Part shown: positions 1-9,893 of the stretch, piece after piece | Numbering within the stretch: position 1 is the stretch's first letter | Layout of the letters: the number at the start of each line of letters is the position of its first letter | IMG/VR virus record: IMGVR_UViG_3300025150_000002 | Location: 64,001 to 128,000 of that record | DNA: 64,000 bases | Direction: 5' to 3' (one strand) | Source: a virus | Lineage: Duplodnaviria > Caudoviricetes | Program-made: the position numbers and the translations under genes | The notes under the pieces: model-generated | What the model was told of the DNA's origin: nothing | What the model saw: the letters and a program-made list of their open reading frames with translations, nothing else | The model's database searches: none

Positions 1-759
1 TCTGTTACGGCTACGAGCTCGATCGTCACTGATGTCCAGGCAAACTACACGGACGGACAGACGTTCGCACTGATTGATGCGACCGGTCAGACCATCACGT
101 TCGAGTTTGACACAGTTCCCAACGGGGTCGGCGGTGGCAACACAGCTGTTGACATTTCCGGAGACACTACGGCCGACAACGTCCGAGACTCGATCATCTC
201 GGCGATCAACGGTGTCGGCGGCACACTACTCATAACCGCCGGCATCGGCGGTGCCGGAACTGTCTCGTTGACGCAAGACGTCGGCGGTTCGAGCGGTAAC
301 ACGAACGTTGCCACGACCGGCGGCCCTCCCGGCACCTACAACGCTTTCACTGGCGGAACTGGTGACGTGGTCATCCTCGGGACTGGCGAGCTTCCGACCC
401 AGACAACCGCCGCCGTAGGTGCTGTCACGACTCTGGGAACCGTCGTAGCGGCCCACACGGGGATCTTCGGGAACATCACTCTCGACGAGGTTTCGGGACC
501 TAACGCCGTCCAGCCCAAGAACCTGATGCAGATCGTGGACGGGAATACCAGGGACCCGATTCTGTCGTCGAGCCGCACCGTTTACGGCCTGCTGCAGGGC
601 GAGTCTGGTGTTGTCGACGGCGCGACCATTACAGACACAACCACCACACGAGTTCAGATCAGTTTTGTGCGGATCACCTCCAACGGTTCGGACCTGGAGC
701 GTGTTCCGGCATCAGATATCGCTGGAATGACAATCAACTACTGCACCCGCGAGCGGTGA
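1..759 (+). CDS. Virion structural protein, 5'-truncated by the window edge
   Basis: Frame 1 is open from base 1 (SVTATSSIVTDVQANYTDGQTF...) to TGA at 757-759. It is Gly/Thr/Val-rich like the neighbouring fibre genes. Confidence 0.75.
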   Translation, partial: SVTATSSIVTDVQANYTDGQTFALIDATGQTITFEFDTVPNGVGGGNTAVDISGDTTADNVRDSIISAINGVGGTLLITAGIGGAGTVSLTQDVGGSSGNTNVATTGGPPGTYNAFTGGTGDVVILGTGELPTQTTAAVGAVTTLGTVVAAHTGIFGNITLDEVSGPNAVQPKNLMQIVDGNTRDPILSSSRTVYGLLQGESGVVDGATITDTTTTRVQISFVRITSNGSDLERVPASDIAGMTINYCTRER

Positions 760-784
760 TGCGTCCAACGAGGCAATCATAGAC

Positions 785-1516
785 TTGTCGCATGGAAAGG
801 TCGGCGACGAGAACGACATCGTGCCGCCCGGTGGGTTCTGGAGAGCTATGGGACACAGTCGATACTACCCAACGCCGACCAACCCGTTCGGGCTATGGGG
901 GACACACTCCGCTGACCTTTCAGGATATGTTCCCATCGTCACCGTAAACGAGATCGAAAAGATCGAGCGGGGTTACGCGACGTCTACCGGTGGTGACTAC
1001 GAGATCGACTACAAAGCTGGGACCTTGACCTTCTACGAAGGAGTCGAGGCCGATGACGTTGTTTCGGTCACCTATTTCTACGTCGACGGCACTGGTGAGG
1101 GAAAGCTACTTGTTGCGCCTGGTGCAGGTAAAAAGTTCTTGATCGACAAAATCGAGATCCAAACAACAACCGATGTGGTCATTAAGGCTGACATGGTCAG
1201 CAATGTTTACGTCGACTCTAGTGTGTTCGGTCTTCCGCCCGGCACTCCGATGGCAGGGCGTCGCCCGACGATCCTCAAGAACTTCAAAGACGTTCACAAC
1301 TGGGCTCATCTGATACATCCAGAGAGTCAAGCACAAGCGGCTAATGACCCGCGCGGGCTCCCAGCCGCTGTTAGAGTCCACGAGGTTCGTTATCTCTCTG
1401 AGATCCCGTTGCTTTCGTCAATGGGCGCTACCCTGAAGACGGCGATCGTTGGCAACGTCCCGTTCGAGGGAACCTGGGCCTCGGTGGTCATTTACGGCAT
1501 CACCGATGTTGAGTAA
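785..1516 (+). CDS. Hypothetical virion-associated protein
   Basis: 243-aa ORF in the structural cluster. Start is uncertain (TTG 785 or a downstream ATG). Confidence 0.65.
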   Translation: MSHGKVGDENDIVPPGGFWRAMGHSRYYPTPTNPFGLWGTHSADLSGYVPIVTVNEIEKIERGYATSTGGDYEIDYKAGTLTFYEGVEADDVVSVTYFYVDGTGEGKLLVAPGAGKKFLIDKIEIQTTTDVVIKADMVSNVYVDSSVFGLPPGTPMAGRRPTILKNFKDVHNWAHLIHPESQAQAANDPRGLPAAVRVHEVRYLSEIPLLSSMGATLKTAIVGNVPFEGTWASVVIYGITDVE

Positions 1517-1610
1517 TAGCTCATGGTCGTCAAATAGAGCACCGGTTACCTTCTAGTCCAGCCCATGTGAGTCTGTTAGAATCCCATACACCACTGATGC
1601 TGGACCCAAC

Positions 1611-1895
1611 ATGAACATCGAAACCATGCCTGGTCAGATCGTCGCCCTGAAGCTCTCCGCTTCGGACAAGCACCGCCTCGTAGCGAAGGCCCTCGAAGCC
1701 GAGATCGCCAAGAAAAAGGCGAACCTGGCTCACGCCGAGTGGCAGATGGCAACTGCTGTGTCCGAAGCCGCAGGCGACGCCATGGCCGCCAGATTGAAAG
1801 TGCCCCAGGAGGCACAGGACGTTACGATCGACCTGAACGAGGGCGTCATTCGGTATCGTATGCCCGGCGTCCCGCCAGTGGTCCACGAAGGCTAA
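1611..1895 (+). CDS. Hypothetical protein, helical/coiled-coil
   Basis: 94-aa ORF with ATG start and GC3-rich codons. CTGATGC motif 10 nt upstream. Confidence 0.7.
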   Translation: MNIETMPGQIVALKLSASDKHRLVAKALEAEIAKKKANLAHAEWQMATAVSEAAGDAMAARLKVPQEAQDVTIDLNEGVIRYRMPGVPPVVHEG

Positions 1896-1907
1896 CGAGG
1901 TCACTCC

Positions 1908-4850
1908 ATGGCTACTACCAAGCAAGTACTTCGTCTTCAGAGTGACCAGACACTAGACGATCCACAAATCGCCACGCGTATACGGCTCAAGGATTTGGCC
2001 GCTACGAGAGCTATCCAGCTTGTTTGGATCGAGCCGGCGGCGGCCGACCGGGACATCACGTTCAAGGACCCTGGCGCGAACGACTCAGTGGTCTACGAGA
2101 ACCTGGCCCAGCCTCTCAACAACAAGACGCTCGGCACCCCGACCATCACGGACTTCACCGACGCCCAGCACACCCACGCTAGCGCGGCGCAGGGTGGGAC
2201 GGTGGCCCATTCCGACATTGGCACTCCAGACGCCGCAGATGACCACCAGCAGTACGCTAGGCTGGCGGGCCGCGTTGGTGGGCAAGTCCTGATCGGCGGT
2301 AGTGCGGCCTCGGAGAACCTGTCCCTGCAGTCGACTTCTGACGCCGCGCGCGGCGACATCATCGCGATCGACGACATCGTGATGGGAACCGGTAAGGAGG
2401 TCACTGGGCTTCCCGCGACACCCAGCGGGCCAACCGCTGCTGCGTCAAAGGCTTATGTCGACCTGGCCATCTCCGGCGGAGCTTCGTGGAAGGAAGTTCT
2501 CCTCACATCGGACCAGCTAGACAACACGAACGATGGAATAGCCCAAGGTGTCGCGTTCTACCTCGTCAACACCGCCCAGATCGGTGACTCGATCACACTA
2601 GACGACGATATCGCAACCGAATCGTGGGTGTTCGCGGGCGTCTCAGCACCTAACCAGCCGGCAGTCGGTGCAAGCGCTCTTGACTCGATGACCGACCTGG
2701 CGGCCCGTATCAATGCCGACTCCGCCACCTGGGCCGCAAGCCTCTTCACCGGCACACTACAGGGGATCAACTCTGCGACCGGTGATGTGGTCGTTATCTA
2801 CAGGCGAATTCCGGCTGCCGCTACTATGGACCGTGTGTTTGGCGTTTTCGCCACCCCGGCCGATGCTCAGTACGTCGACTTCGGCGGCGCGTCTGACTAC
2901 CGTAGCAGCATCAGCGCCAACCTGCCGGCTGTGGATCCCACAACCGCCAACTTCGGCATCGGTCGTGTTACCTCTGGTTTGACGCCGAACGAGGCACACC
3001 TGGTTCGGGCCGAGGACAGCGCCTACATCTGGAACGATGACGCTGGGGTTTGGCAGCTCAGCGCTGGTGCTGTGGCGCTGGCCACGTCTGGATCGGGCGG
3101 CGGTGTTATCGGCCAGTCGACCTTTGACTCCGACAAGGGTCTTTTGGTCGCCGGAGGTGTGGCCGAGGTCCGAGTCGATAACTCGACAATCACTTTCACG
3201 GCTGGTCAGCTCTCTGTTGCTGGTGGAGCTGTTCCCTTTGGAACCTCCGGTTCTGGTGGTGCTATCGCCGGTAAGGTCACAGCAGACTCTGATAAGGGAC
3301 TGGAGATCACTGGCGGTCCAGCAAACGCCATCTTGGCTACCAAGGTGGACGGCATCACGATCACACACAACCTAAGCGGTGAGCTCTCGGCGAGCGGCTC
3401 TCCGCTCGCTCCCACCGGAAGTGTTTCTCACGGCGTACTCCTGACCCGTGACATTGGTGGCGTCGCGGCCCCTACTGCTACCTTCATCTCCACAGACATT
3501 CCGGTTCAAGACTACATCGACGGTTCTACAACCGGTCAGTTGTTCGATTTCGTTGTGCCAACCGACTACGACGGCGGTGATATCGAGCTCCTAGCCTCGT
3601 ATCAGATGACCACCGCCTTCGCCGGCGCCATCGTACTGGAGACCTACGCCAAGATCGTCAAGGCGTCTACCGGATCTGTAGACACCGTTACTTTCCCGCC
3701 CGTCTCCGCGCTTCTGAGCCCTCCTGTGACGACGGACCTAACTCGTAGCATCATCAAGACACTACCAAACCCGTCTGGCGCCAATTACCAGCGCGGCGAC
3801 ACCATCCAGTTCTATGTCAAGCGACTGGGCGCCGACGGCAGTGATGCCCACACCGGCGATTGGCGCGTCGCCGCTTTCGCCTACCGCTATACAGGCCAAG
3901 TCAGCACACGGCTCATGGAGCCGGTTTCAGACATCTTTACGCCGGTTACCGGTGTCCCGTCCCCGTCTATTGACCTCTTCTCCACTGACATCCCAGTGCT
4001 CACCTTCTCCGACGGCACGGACCAGGCTACAGCAGCCCTATTCGTCGTCCCGGACAACTGGGATGGTATTAGCGACGCATTGTTTCGGGTTCAGTACGCG
4101 CTCGACACAGCAGCGGGCGGAACGGTCCGCCTCAACACCTTGGTCAAAGTAGCGGACGTTGCTGGGGGCGCGGTTGTTGTGCTACCAGCCATCGACTTCG
4201 ACCGCACAGTAACAGCCGACACCGACCCGCACAGGACCGAGATCATCAGGTCAGTGCCTGGCGCCTCGATGACGCCTGGTAGCGTCATCCAGATAATCAT
4301 CACACGTGACACGTCGGTCGGTGGTAACGCAGCAGCTGGGTTCCAGCTCATCAACGGCACACTGGCCTTTGGTGTCACGCCTGTCTCCGGGATCTCCGCG
4401 ACCGGCGAGTATTACCTGGACGACCCGGTCGTTGGAAACCTCTCCGGAACCGTGTTCGCAGACTGGCAGTATCCTGCCTACGGAGGTGACTTCGAGCAGT
4501 TCTTCCGCATGCGCTCTACGGCTGCGGCCGGCGTTGTCCACGTCGCATTTGCGGGCCGCCTGGGAACAAGCCAGGCGACCATCGACCAGATAGCCGTGAA
4601 CGTCAAAGGTGTCGACACAGGCACAGTTCAGTACCAGATTCACATCTACGCAGAGGGCTCTGGCGCTGTCCCCGTCTATTCCTCAGTAGCTGCGACACCT
4701 CCTGGGGCGTCGACCTTGGTAGCGATCACTGGAACCTCGCTGAGCGCACAGCCGACCGTCGGTAAGCGGTTCTTCGTAGTCGTTGAGGCTACTGCGATGG
4801 CTAACGGCGAAGAAGTCCTGGTGAGCAAGCCTCTGGTCAGGGTGTCGTAA
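1908..4850 (+). CDS. Large virion structural / tail fibre-like protein (980 aa)
   Basis: GAGG SD upstream. Fibre-type motifs (HTHASAA, DDHQQY). Internal duplications SGSGG..DSDKGL x2 and STDIPV x2. Ala/Gly/Thr-rich. Confidence 0.75.
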   Translation: MATTKQVLRLQSDQTLDDPQIATRIRLKDLAATRAIQLVWIEPAAADRDITFKDPGANDSVVYENLAQPLNNKTLGTPTITDFTDAQHTHASAAQGGTVAHSDIGTPDAADDHQQYARLAGRVGGQVLIGGSAASENLSLQSTSDAARGDIIAIDDIVMGTGKEVTGLPATPSGPTAAASKAYVDLAISGGASWKEVLLTSDQLDNTNDGIAQGVAFYLVNTAQIGDSITLDDDIATESWVFAGVSAPNQPAVGASALDSMTDLAARINADSATWAASLFTGTLQGINSATGDVVVIYRRIPAAATMDRVFGVFATPADAQYVDFGGASDYRSSISANLPAVDPTTANFGIGRVTSGLTPNEAHLVRAEDSAYIWNDDAGVWQLSAGAVALATSGSGGGVIGQSTFDSDKGLLVAGGVAEVRVDNSTITFTAGQLSVAGGAVPFGTSGSGGAIAGKVTADSDKGLEITGGPANAILATKVDGITITHNLSGELSASGSPLAPTGSVSHGVLLTRDIGGVAAPTATFISTDIPVQDYIDGSTTGQLFDFVVPTDYDGGDIELLASYQMTTAFAGAIVLETYAKIVKASTGSVDTVTFPPVSALLSPPVTTDLTRSIIKTLPNPSGANYQRGDTIQFYVKRLGADGSDAHTGDWRVAAFAYRYTGQVSTRLMEPVSDIFTPVTGVPSPSIDLFSTDIPVLTFSDGTDQATAALFVVPDNWDGISDALFRVQYALDTAAGGTVRLNTLVKVADVAGGAVVVLPAIDFDRTVTADTDPHRTEIIRSVPGASMTPGSVIQIIITRDTSVGGNAAAGFQLINGTLAFGVTPVSGISATGEYYLDDPVVGNLSGTVFADWQYPAYGGDFEQFFRMRSTAAAGVVHVAFAGRLGTSQATIDQIAVNVKGVDTGTVQYQIHIYAEGSGAVPVYSSVAATPPGASTLVAITGTSLSAQPTVGKRFFVVVEATAMANGEEVLVSKPLVRVS

Positions 4851-4899
4851 CACGCCCCCTTGTATAGTGTTGCGTTGGTAGTCATACTTGAAACCAGGT

Positions 4900-5379
4900 A
4901 TGACTCATAACGAACTAGTCAAGATCGCCAAGAAATGGCTTATCAAGGCCAGAGCATGCGTCGTCGTTCTTACAGAGACTCAGGCCCAAAGTGGGGAAAT
5001 CCCTGATGTCATCGGATGGCGGGGTCAACTCTCGATTCTGATTGAGTGCAAAACATCGGTGACCGACTTCCGCCGCGATCTGTCGAAGTGGTATCGAAAT
5101 TCAGGTCCGGGAATAGGTCAGCATCGGTATTTCATGGCGCCGAAGGGTGTTATTCCCCAAGATGAAGTTCCCCCGGGATGGGGACTCCTTGAGGTATCTG
5201 GCGATACGGTCAAGACCACCAGGAAGGTCGACCTTCTCTACCTGGACGAGCATGTCTCGGCGGCCGAAGTTCCACTACTTGTGGCGGCCCTGAGGCGCAC
5301 GTCGATGCGCGCATCAACAGCTAGAAACCACAAAAAAAAGGGGTATAGTCGGTCTCAGCAAAGGAGCTCATCGAAATGA
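4900..5379 (+). CDS. PD-(D/E)xK restriction-endonuclease-like protein (MmcB-like)
   Basis: Motifs EIPDVIGW and LIECKTS, followed by RYFMAPKG...WGLLEV. Confidence 0.6.
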   Translation: MTHNELVKIAKKWLIKARACVVVLTETQAQSGEIPDVIGWRGQLSILIECKTSVTDFRRDLSKWYRNSGPGIGQHRYFMAPKGVIPQDEVPPGWGLLEVSGDTVKTTRKVDLLYLDEHVSAAEVPLLVAALRRTSMRASTARNHKKKGYSRSQQRSSSK

Positions 5380-5693
5380 AGGAAGCACTAGCAGGTCTCA
5401 TTGGGTCCAAGAAGGCGCTCGCCGCCATCGGTGGAGCAGCCGCTTCCGCCCTGGCACTCTTGGCAAGCAAGTACGGCTATGGTCTGGATGCTGCAGCTAC
5501 CCAGACATTGATCCAGTCGATCCTCGGCCTCGTAGGCCTCTACATCGTCGGACAGGGCGCTGCTGACTGGGGCAAGGAGAAGGCCAAGGTCGAGGCCGCA
5601 GCAATGGAGTTCGCCATGAAGGCTCACAAGCTGGAGCTGGACGAGCTCGAAGCGGACGACGATGATCTCAAGGTACTGACCGAGGACATCTAG
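5376..5693 (+). CDS. Holin-like small membrane protein
   Basis: Two hydrophobic helices, a GQGAADWGKE motif and an acidic C-terminal tail. ATGA-type overlap with the upstream gene. Confidence 0.5.
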   Translation: MKEALAGLIGSKKALAAIGGAAASALALLASKYGYGLDAAATQTLIQSILGLVGLYIVGQGAADWGKEKAKVEAAAMEFAMKAHKLELDELEADDDDLKVLTEDI

Positions 5694-5839
5694 ATCGTGG
5701 GAATCTTCTTTTGCGGGACGGAAGGGTGCGCCGGCTACTTCTGCAGCGTCGACATGTCCTTCCGACCACACGCGCTCCACTGTGAGCACTACGTAGCGCC
5801 ACAGAACGCCCCTGAGGCGCCGTCTCAGGTCGAGGGAGT

Positions 5840-6343
5840 CTAGTCCTCCTTCGCCGGCTGCCAGCGCCCTGCGAGGACGTCTCTGATCCATGTCAGGGCG
5901 TCCTCGTAGCTCATCATGCGGCCCGCAAAACTCTGGTAATCAGACAAGGCCTTGGCAACGCCTTCGGGCGAAACCTGAAGCCCACGCCGACGATACTCCT
6001 GGATTTGGAGATACCAGCCACGTAGCTCCTCGTCCCGCATGAAGGAGAGGTCCGTCAAGTAACGCCCAAGCCACTTGGTGAGCCCCATATCGAGCTGTCG
6101 CTGAGCGTGAAGCTGTTCATGCAACATGATGGCGTGGAACAGCGGCGATCCTGGAGGATGCTTCTCCAACCACTCGTCGAGGTCCCTCACGTAACAGGAC
6201 TTTCCGAGCGTTGTGATCCCGGTCCCAGGACGCATGACGCTCTCGCGTATCTGCTCTAGGGGCCGATACTGTGAGTCGAGCTTGTGGGCATGGCTGCAGC
6301 CACTGACCAACAGAACGACCATTATGAGCAATCTCCGCATCAC
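5840..6343 (-). CDS. Lipoprotein with HExxH zinc-metallopeptidase-like motif
   Basis: Signal peptide with lipobox LVSGC. Motif IMLHEQLHAQ. Confidence 0.6.
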   Translation of the reverse strand: MMRRLLIMVVLLVSGCSHAHKLDSQYRPLEQIRESVMRPGTGITTLGKSCYVRDLDEWLEKHPPGSPLFHAIMLHEQLHAQRQLDMGLTKWLGRYLTDLSFMRDEELRGWYLQIQEYRRRGLQVSPEGVAKALSDYQSFAGRMMSYEDALTWIRDVLAGRWQPAKED

Positions 6344-6384
6344 TCACCTCTGTGGTCATCCTATCATCGATAACTGTACAAACA

Positions 6385-6412
6385 GAAACGGCGGACCGAA
6401 GTCCGCCGTTTC
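6385..6412 (-). terminator. Intrinsic terminator
   Basis: 12-bp stem GAAACGGCGGAC/GTCCGCCGTTTC with a UUCG loop on the minus strand, followed by a U-rich tract, just downstream of the 6437 gene. Confidence 0.8.
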
Positions 6413-6436
6413 CAGACACCACAAGGAGCAGATCGC

Positions 6437-6883
6437 TTAGAGCGAGAGCTGAACCTTGCTGTTGACGCCCTGGCCCAGGGTCGCGTCGCTGGAGACGCGG
6501 GTGGCCGAGAAGCGGCTGTTGACGGTCAGCCCGTCAATCTGGTGGTTACCCGAGGCGGCGTTCGCCAGCAGTGCAACCTTGTGCTCACCCTTGGTCAGTA
6601 CCACGGGCAGCTCTACATGGAACTCATGCGCGAGCTGACCGGTCAGATAGGTGTGAGCAGCAAGGGGCAGCACAGACGCGGCCACGAAGCCAGCACCTGA
6701 GTCAACCGCGAAGTTCAGGGTGACCAGCTCGGCGGTGACGCCAGTGAGCCGTCCCTGGAACCGGAGGAGAAGCAGCATCTGCTCCTCCTCGACGCGGACG
6801 CTCATCTGCGACCCTGTGACATTGGCGGCGCCACCGGTGGGCAGCGTAACGTCTCCGAACTGAACGAAGCTGTAGAGGCTCAT
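6437..6883 (-). CDS. Small virion protein (beta-rich, possible decoration protein)
   Basis: Strong AAGGAG SD, 148 aa, followed by a terminator. Confidence 0.65.
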   Translation of the reverse strand: MSLYSFVQFGDVTLPTGGAANVTGSQMSVRVEEEQMLLLLRFQGRLTGVTAELVTLNFAVDSGAGFVAASVLPLAAHTYLTGQLAHEFHVELPVVLTKGEHKVALLANAASGNHQIDGLTVNSRFSATRVSSDATLGQGVNSKVQLSL

Positions 6884-6939
6884 GTTGGTTCTCCTTGTTT
6901 CCTAGGTAGATCAACCAGGTTTGTTCTAAGCCGCAAGGC

Positions 6940-7404
6940 TTAGAGACCCTGGTTGCTCCCGTAGTTGGCGTTGTGAAGGCCGAAGTCGAACCGGCCGGTG
7001 ACACCACTGTTGGCGAGCGTGCCAGCGGTGACCTTGATCACCGAGACGCGGACACCAGCCTCGTCCTCCTTGATGATCAGCCGAGCCAGCAGGTCGGTGG
7101 TGATCTGAGCGTTGCCGAGGTAGGCGTTCAGGGTCGTGCTGAGCACGGTGCGGACGACGTTGCCGCTCCAGTCGATGATCTCGACTGCACGAACAGCGGC
7201 GTCGGCCACGGCAAGCACAGCGTTCAGCTGCAACACCGCGAGGCCACCCTCGAACTCCTGACGAGTGTAGGGGCGCACGACGTGGTCGATCGTGTTGCGC
7301 TCGACCGGAAGGTTGCGAGGCCGAAGGACCTCAAAGGGTACCGCTGCGACATTGGTCACACTGGCCAATGCTGACGGCACACCGTACTGAGTGCGGACTG
7401 TCAT
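6940..7404 (-). CDS. Small virion protein
   Basis: AGGAG SD, 154 aa, co-oriented with the 6437 gene. Confidence 0.65.
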   Translation of the reverse strand: MTVRTQYGVPSALASVTNVAAVPFEVLRPRNLPVERNTIDHVVRPYTRQEFEGGLAVLQLNAVLAVADAAVRAVEIIDWSGNVVRTVLSTTLNAYLGNAQITTDLLARLIIKEDEAGVRVSVIKVTAGTLANSGVTGRFDFGLHNANYGSNQGL

Positions 7405-7587
7405 GATTCTCTCCTGCCCTATTGGTTAGGCGTCAATCACCCAAATGGTGATGCAGCTATCGTAATAGCATCAATGCTGCTAGGCAATACACATCCCTAC
7501 TTCTTTAGGGAGTGAACCCCGATTGAGAGAGCGCCCCGTGCGCGACTGGGGGGTTGGGCTTGCGTATTACGGACGGAAAGTAAGGAC

Positions 7588-7947
7588 TTAGCCGATCCCG
7601 CCGGTTAGCGTCTTCAAGCCAGCCTTGGCGATCATGCCCAGTGAGGCTCCGACCACGCCCATGACCTTACCGAAGGACTCCCAGAAAGTCCGAACTGCGA
7701 GAACCTCGCCGGCCACCTTCAGGTTGAGGAGTTGAGCGTGGATGTGCTTCTCCTCCTCAGAGACATCAGCGCCTCCCATTTTCTGGACAGCGAGACGTCC
7801 AGCATCCTTGGCGACATCTGCCAGGATATCCTTGACTTCGGCCTTGACCCCATCCCAGGCGCTGCCGAAGTCTTCCTTGACCTGGTCAAGAACCTTGGCT
7901 CCAAGGTCCTTGGCAAGATCCTCCAGGCTTCCTACTAGCTCGCTCAT
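7588..7947 (-). CDS. Hypothetical helical protein with C-terminal hydrophobic segment
   Basis: ATG at 7947 directly follows the lipoprotein gene stop. 119 aa. Confidence 0.7.
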   Translation of the reverse strand: MSELVGSLEDLAKDLGAKVLDQVKEDFGSAWDGVKAEVKDILADVAKDAGRLAVQKMGGADVSEEEKHIHAQLLNLKVAGEVLAVRTFWESFGKVMGVVGASLGMIAKAGLKTLTGGIG

Positions 7948-7951
7948 GAAG

Positions 7952-8224
7952 TTACTGCCCTTCCCCGCTAGGAGCGGGCTGGACTGGCTGCTCAGCCTGT
8001 TCCAGGCGAAGCTTCCAGGTGGAAATAGTGCGCTCACGGCGCTTCTTCTCGTCGGAGTCGAGAGACTGATCACCCTGCACGTATTGCAGATACTTCGGGG
8101 CGACCGCGTCGTAGGTGGCCCGATCAGCGGCAGTGTAGTCCGCGCGGATCAGGTCAGTGGTTGCGCAGCAACCGGCGGTGGACAGGAGTGCGATGGACAG
8201 GATTGAGGCGCGTAGTAGCTTCAC
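7952..8224 (-). CDS. Small lipoprotein (possible lysis/outer-membrane role)
   Basis: GGAGG SD. Signal peptide ending in LSTAGC lipobox. Confidence 0.7.
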   Translation of the reverse strand: MKLLRASILSIALLSTAGCCATTDLIRADYTAADRATYDAVAPKYLQYVQGDQSLDSDEKKRRERTISTWKLRLEQAEQPVQPAPSGEGQ

Positions 8225-8272
8225 GATTTCCTCCGTGACTTGGATTATCTGATGCGCAGTCCGAAAAGTCTA

Positions 8273-8794
8273 TCAGGTTACCGGCGTGCCTGGGATGACC
8301 TCTACATTATTAACCGACATCGTGAGTGACTCGATGGATACGTCACTTGAGGAGGCATCCATGTTCGTTGACGGGGTCCACCCCTTAGGAACGCAGCCAA
8401 ACAGGTTGTAAACCCGTCTGGGAATCAACTTATCGCGGCCCGTCTGCACGACCGTGAAATTCCGACGAGGGGCACCTGTTCCCCACACCGCCTGGAAGAG
8501 CCACAGGTAGAAGTCCATAGAAAGCGATGTGACTGCAGATTCGATCGTACAATCACCAGCTTTCAGGAACCCAAGGGGAACCTCGTGGGCCCACGGCCAA
8601 TTTCCTTCCTGAATCGTCTTCGTCTGCATGGTGACGTTCGGGATGGAGATGGACTTGAAGCTCAGCAATTGTCCCTCGGAGGCTCCCTGGCCGACCTTGA
8701 ATGGAAACGCCACAGGCAGCAGGCTGATCGTGGGAATGTCCAGCAGGTAGAACGAGTAGTTCTGGAGTGGATCTGTGTCTTCGGCTCTAGCCAT
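8273..8794 (-). CDS. Tail tube protein, T4 gp19-like (paralogue 2)
   Basis: DPLQNYSF N-terminus, QEGN motif, DFYLW, and C-terminal DASSSDVSIESLTM typical of contractile tail tubes. Confidence 0.85.
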   Translation of the reverse strand: MARAEDTDPLQNYSFYLLDIPTISLLPVAFPFKVGQGASEGQLLSFKSISIPNVTMQTKTIQEGNWPWAHEVPLGFLKAGDCTIESAVTSLSMDFYLWLFQAVWGTGAPRRNFTVVQTGRDKLIPRRVYNLFGCVPKGWTPSTNMDASSSDVSIESLTMSVNNVEVIPGTPVT

Positions 8795-9070
8795 AACCGC
8801 CTCGTGTGAGCATCATTGAGTCTATCAGAATACGTCCGACAGCCGAGGCCTGATTACCCGTATGTTACAGGAACCCCCACAAGGAGATTTCCCATGCGTC
8901 TGCTCGAACAGCTCTCTGTTTCAGTCAATCGACGGAACACAAGTAGCTACCACTTCTAGGTAGGCGACTAGAGAGCGGTTCTCTAGGGCCTGCCAAGTAG
9001 CGGTGCTACCAAGCAGGAGCTAGAAGTAAACGACAAGCGCAGCATCGAGGCCGCGTTCGCGAAGGCGAAC

Positions 9071-9850
9071 GTGCCTCTGGAGATCACCAAGCGGTCCATC
9101 AACCGCCGGCTGATCAACGGCGGTGGCGGGCAGATCGTCCAGATGGGCATCGTCCGTGACCGTCAGGGTAACGAGATCATCCAGATGAACATCCCCGACG
9201 GGGAGGACATCAACGTGCGGGCGCTCGGGGCCGACCCTGAGCACCAGCAAGTCGTGATGATGGTCCACGAGCCCGACCGGAAGATCACCGAGCGGCGGTG
9301 GAACTCCGGGACGAAGCAGTTCGAGAACGCGACCATCAAGGTCCCCGGTGGGAAGCGCCGCTTCCTGGTGGGGATGGACGAGTGCCACCTCTTCATCGCC
9401 CAGATGCCCAACACGGCTGGGGCGACCTCGGTCAAGCAGGCTCACGAGGACCTGCGGCCCCGGGGCGTGCCGAAGGGCCGCAAGGCCAAGAAGCAGAAGG
9501 TGAAGCGGACCGGAGAGTGGTTCTTGACGCCCGCGAGCTCCGAGGAGCTCAAGGCGATCGAGGACCACATCAAGGTCTATGGCATCCGCAAGAAGGTTGG
9601 GATCGGGTCTCACCTGGGCCGCATGCGGGGTCGCCCGCACGTGGTCAGCGAGTCCGTCGTCGTCGGGTTCCGCACCCGCATCGAGGACCCCACGACTGGT
9701 CAGCACCGGATCCTGGTGGCCCGCCGGGGGACGGAGTACGTCCGGGGCCGGATCCTCCACCCCGACCACAAGGTGGTCGATGTGAAGGTCTGGTCCAAGG
9801 TGACCATGAACGCCGAGGACCGGGCCGCCGGGGCCCAGTGGGTGGATTAG
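9071..9850 (+). CDS. Hypothetical phage protein; true start unclear (see finding at 8894)
   Basis: Strongly GC3-biased ORF with RTGEWFLTP and VRGRILHPDH motifs. Coding-like sequence extends upstream of the GTG at 9071. Confidence 0.75.
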   Translation: MPLEITKRSINRRLINGGGGQIVQMGIVRDRQGNEIIQMNIPDGEDINVRALGADPEHQQVVMMVHEPDRKITERRWNSGTKQFENATIKVPGGKRRFLVGMDECHLFIAQMPNTAGATSVKQAHEDLRPRGVPKGRKAKKQKVKRTGEWFLTPASSEELKAIEDHIKVYGIRKKVGIGSHLGRMRGRPHVVSESVVVGFRTRIEDPTTGQHRILVARRGTEYVRGRILHPDHKVVDVKVWSKVTMNAEDRAAGAQWVD

Positions 9851-9893
9851 GAAGTTGATTCAAGGGGCCAGGCGATCACCTGGCCCCGCTTCC

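Noticed and set aside
731-848. Programmed frameshift joining ORF 1-759 to ORF 785-1516
   Set aside because: Frame 2 is open from 731 and overlaps the first gene's end, but there is no slippery heptamer or downstream stem, and independent starts exist.
9020-9858. Long antisense and alternate-frame ORFs (for example 9020-9769, 9298-9858, 16417-17076, 19781-20503, 26516-27541, 33975-34826)
   Set aside because: They overlap well-supported genes, lack motifs and SD signals, and are the expected shadows of GC3-rich coding sequence.
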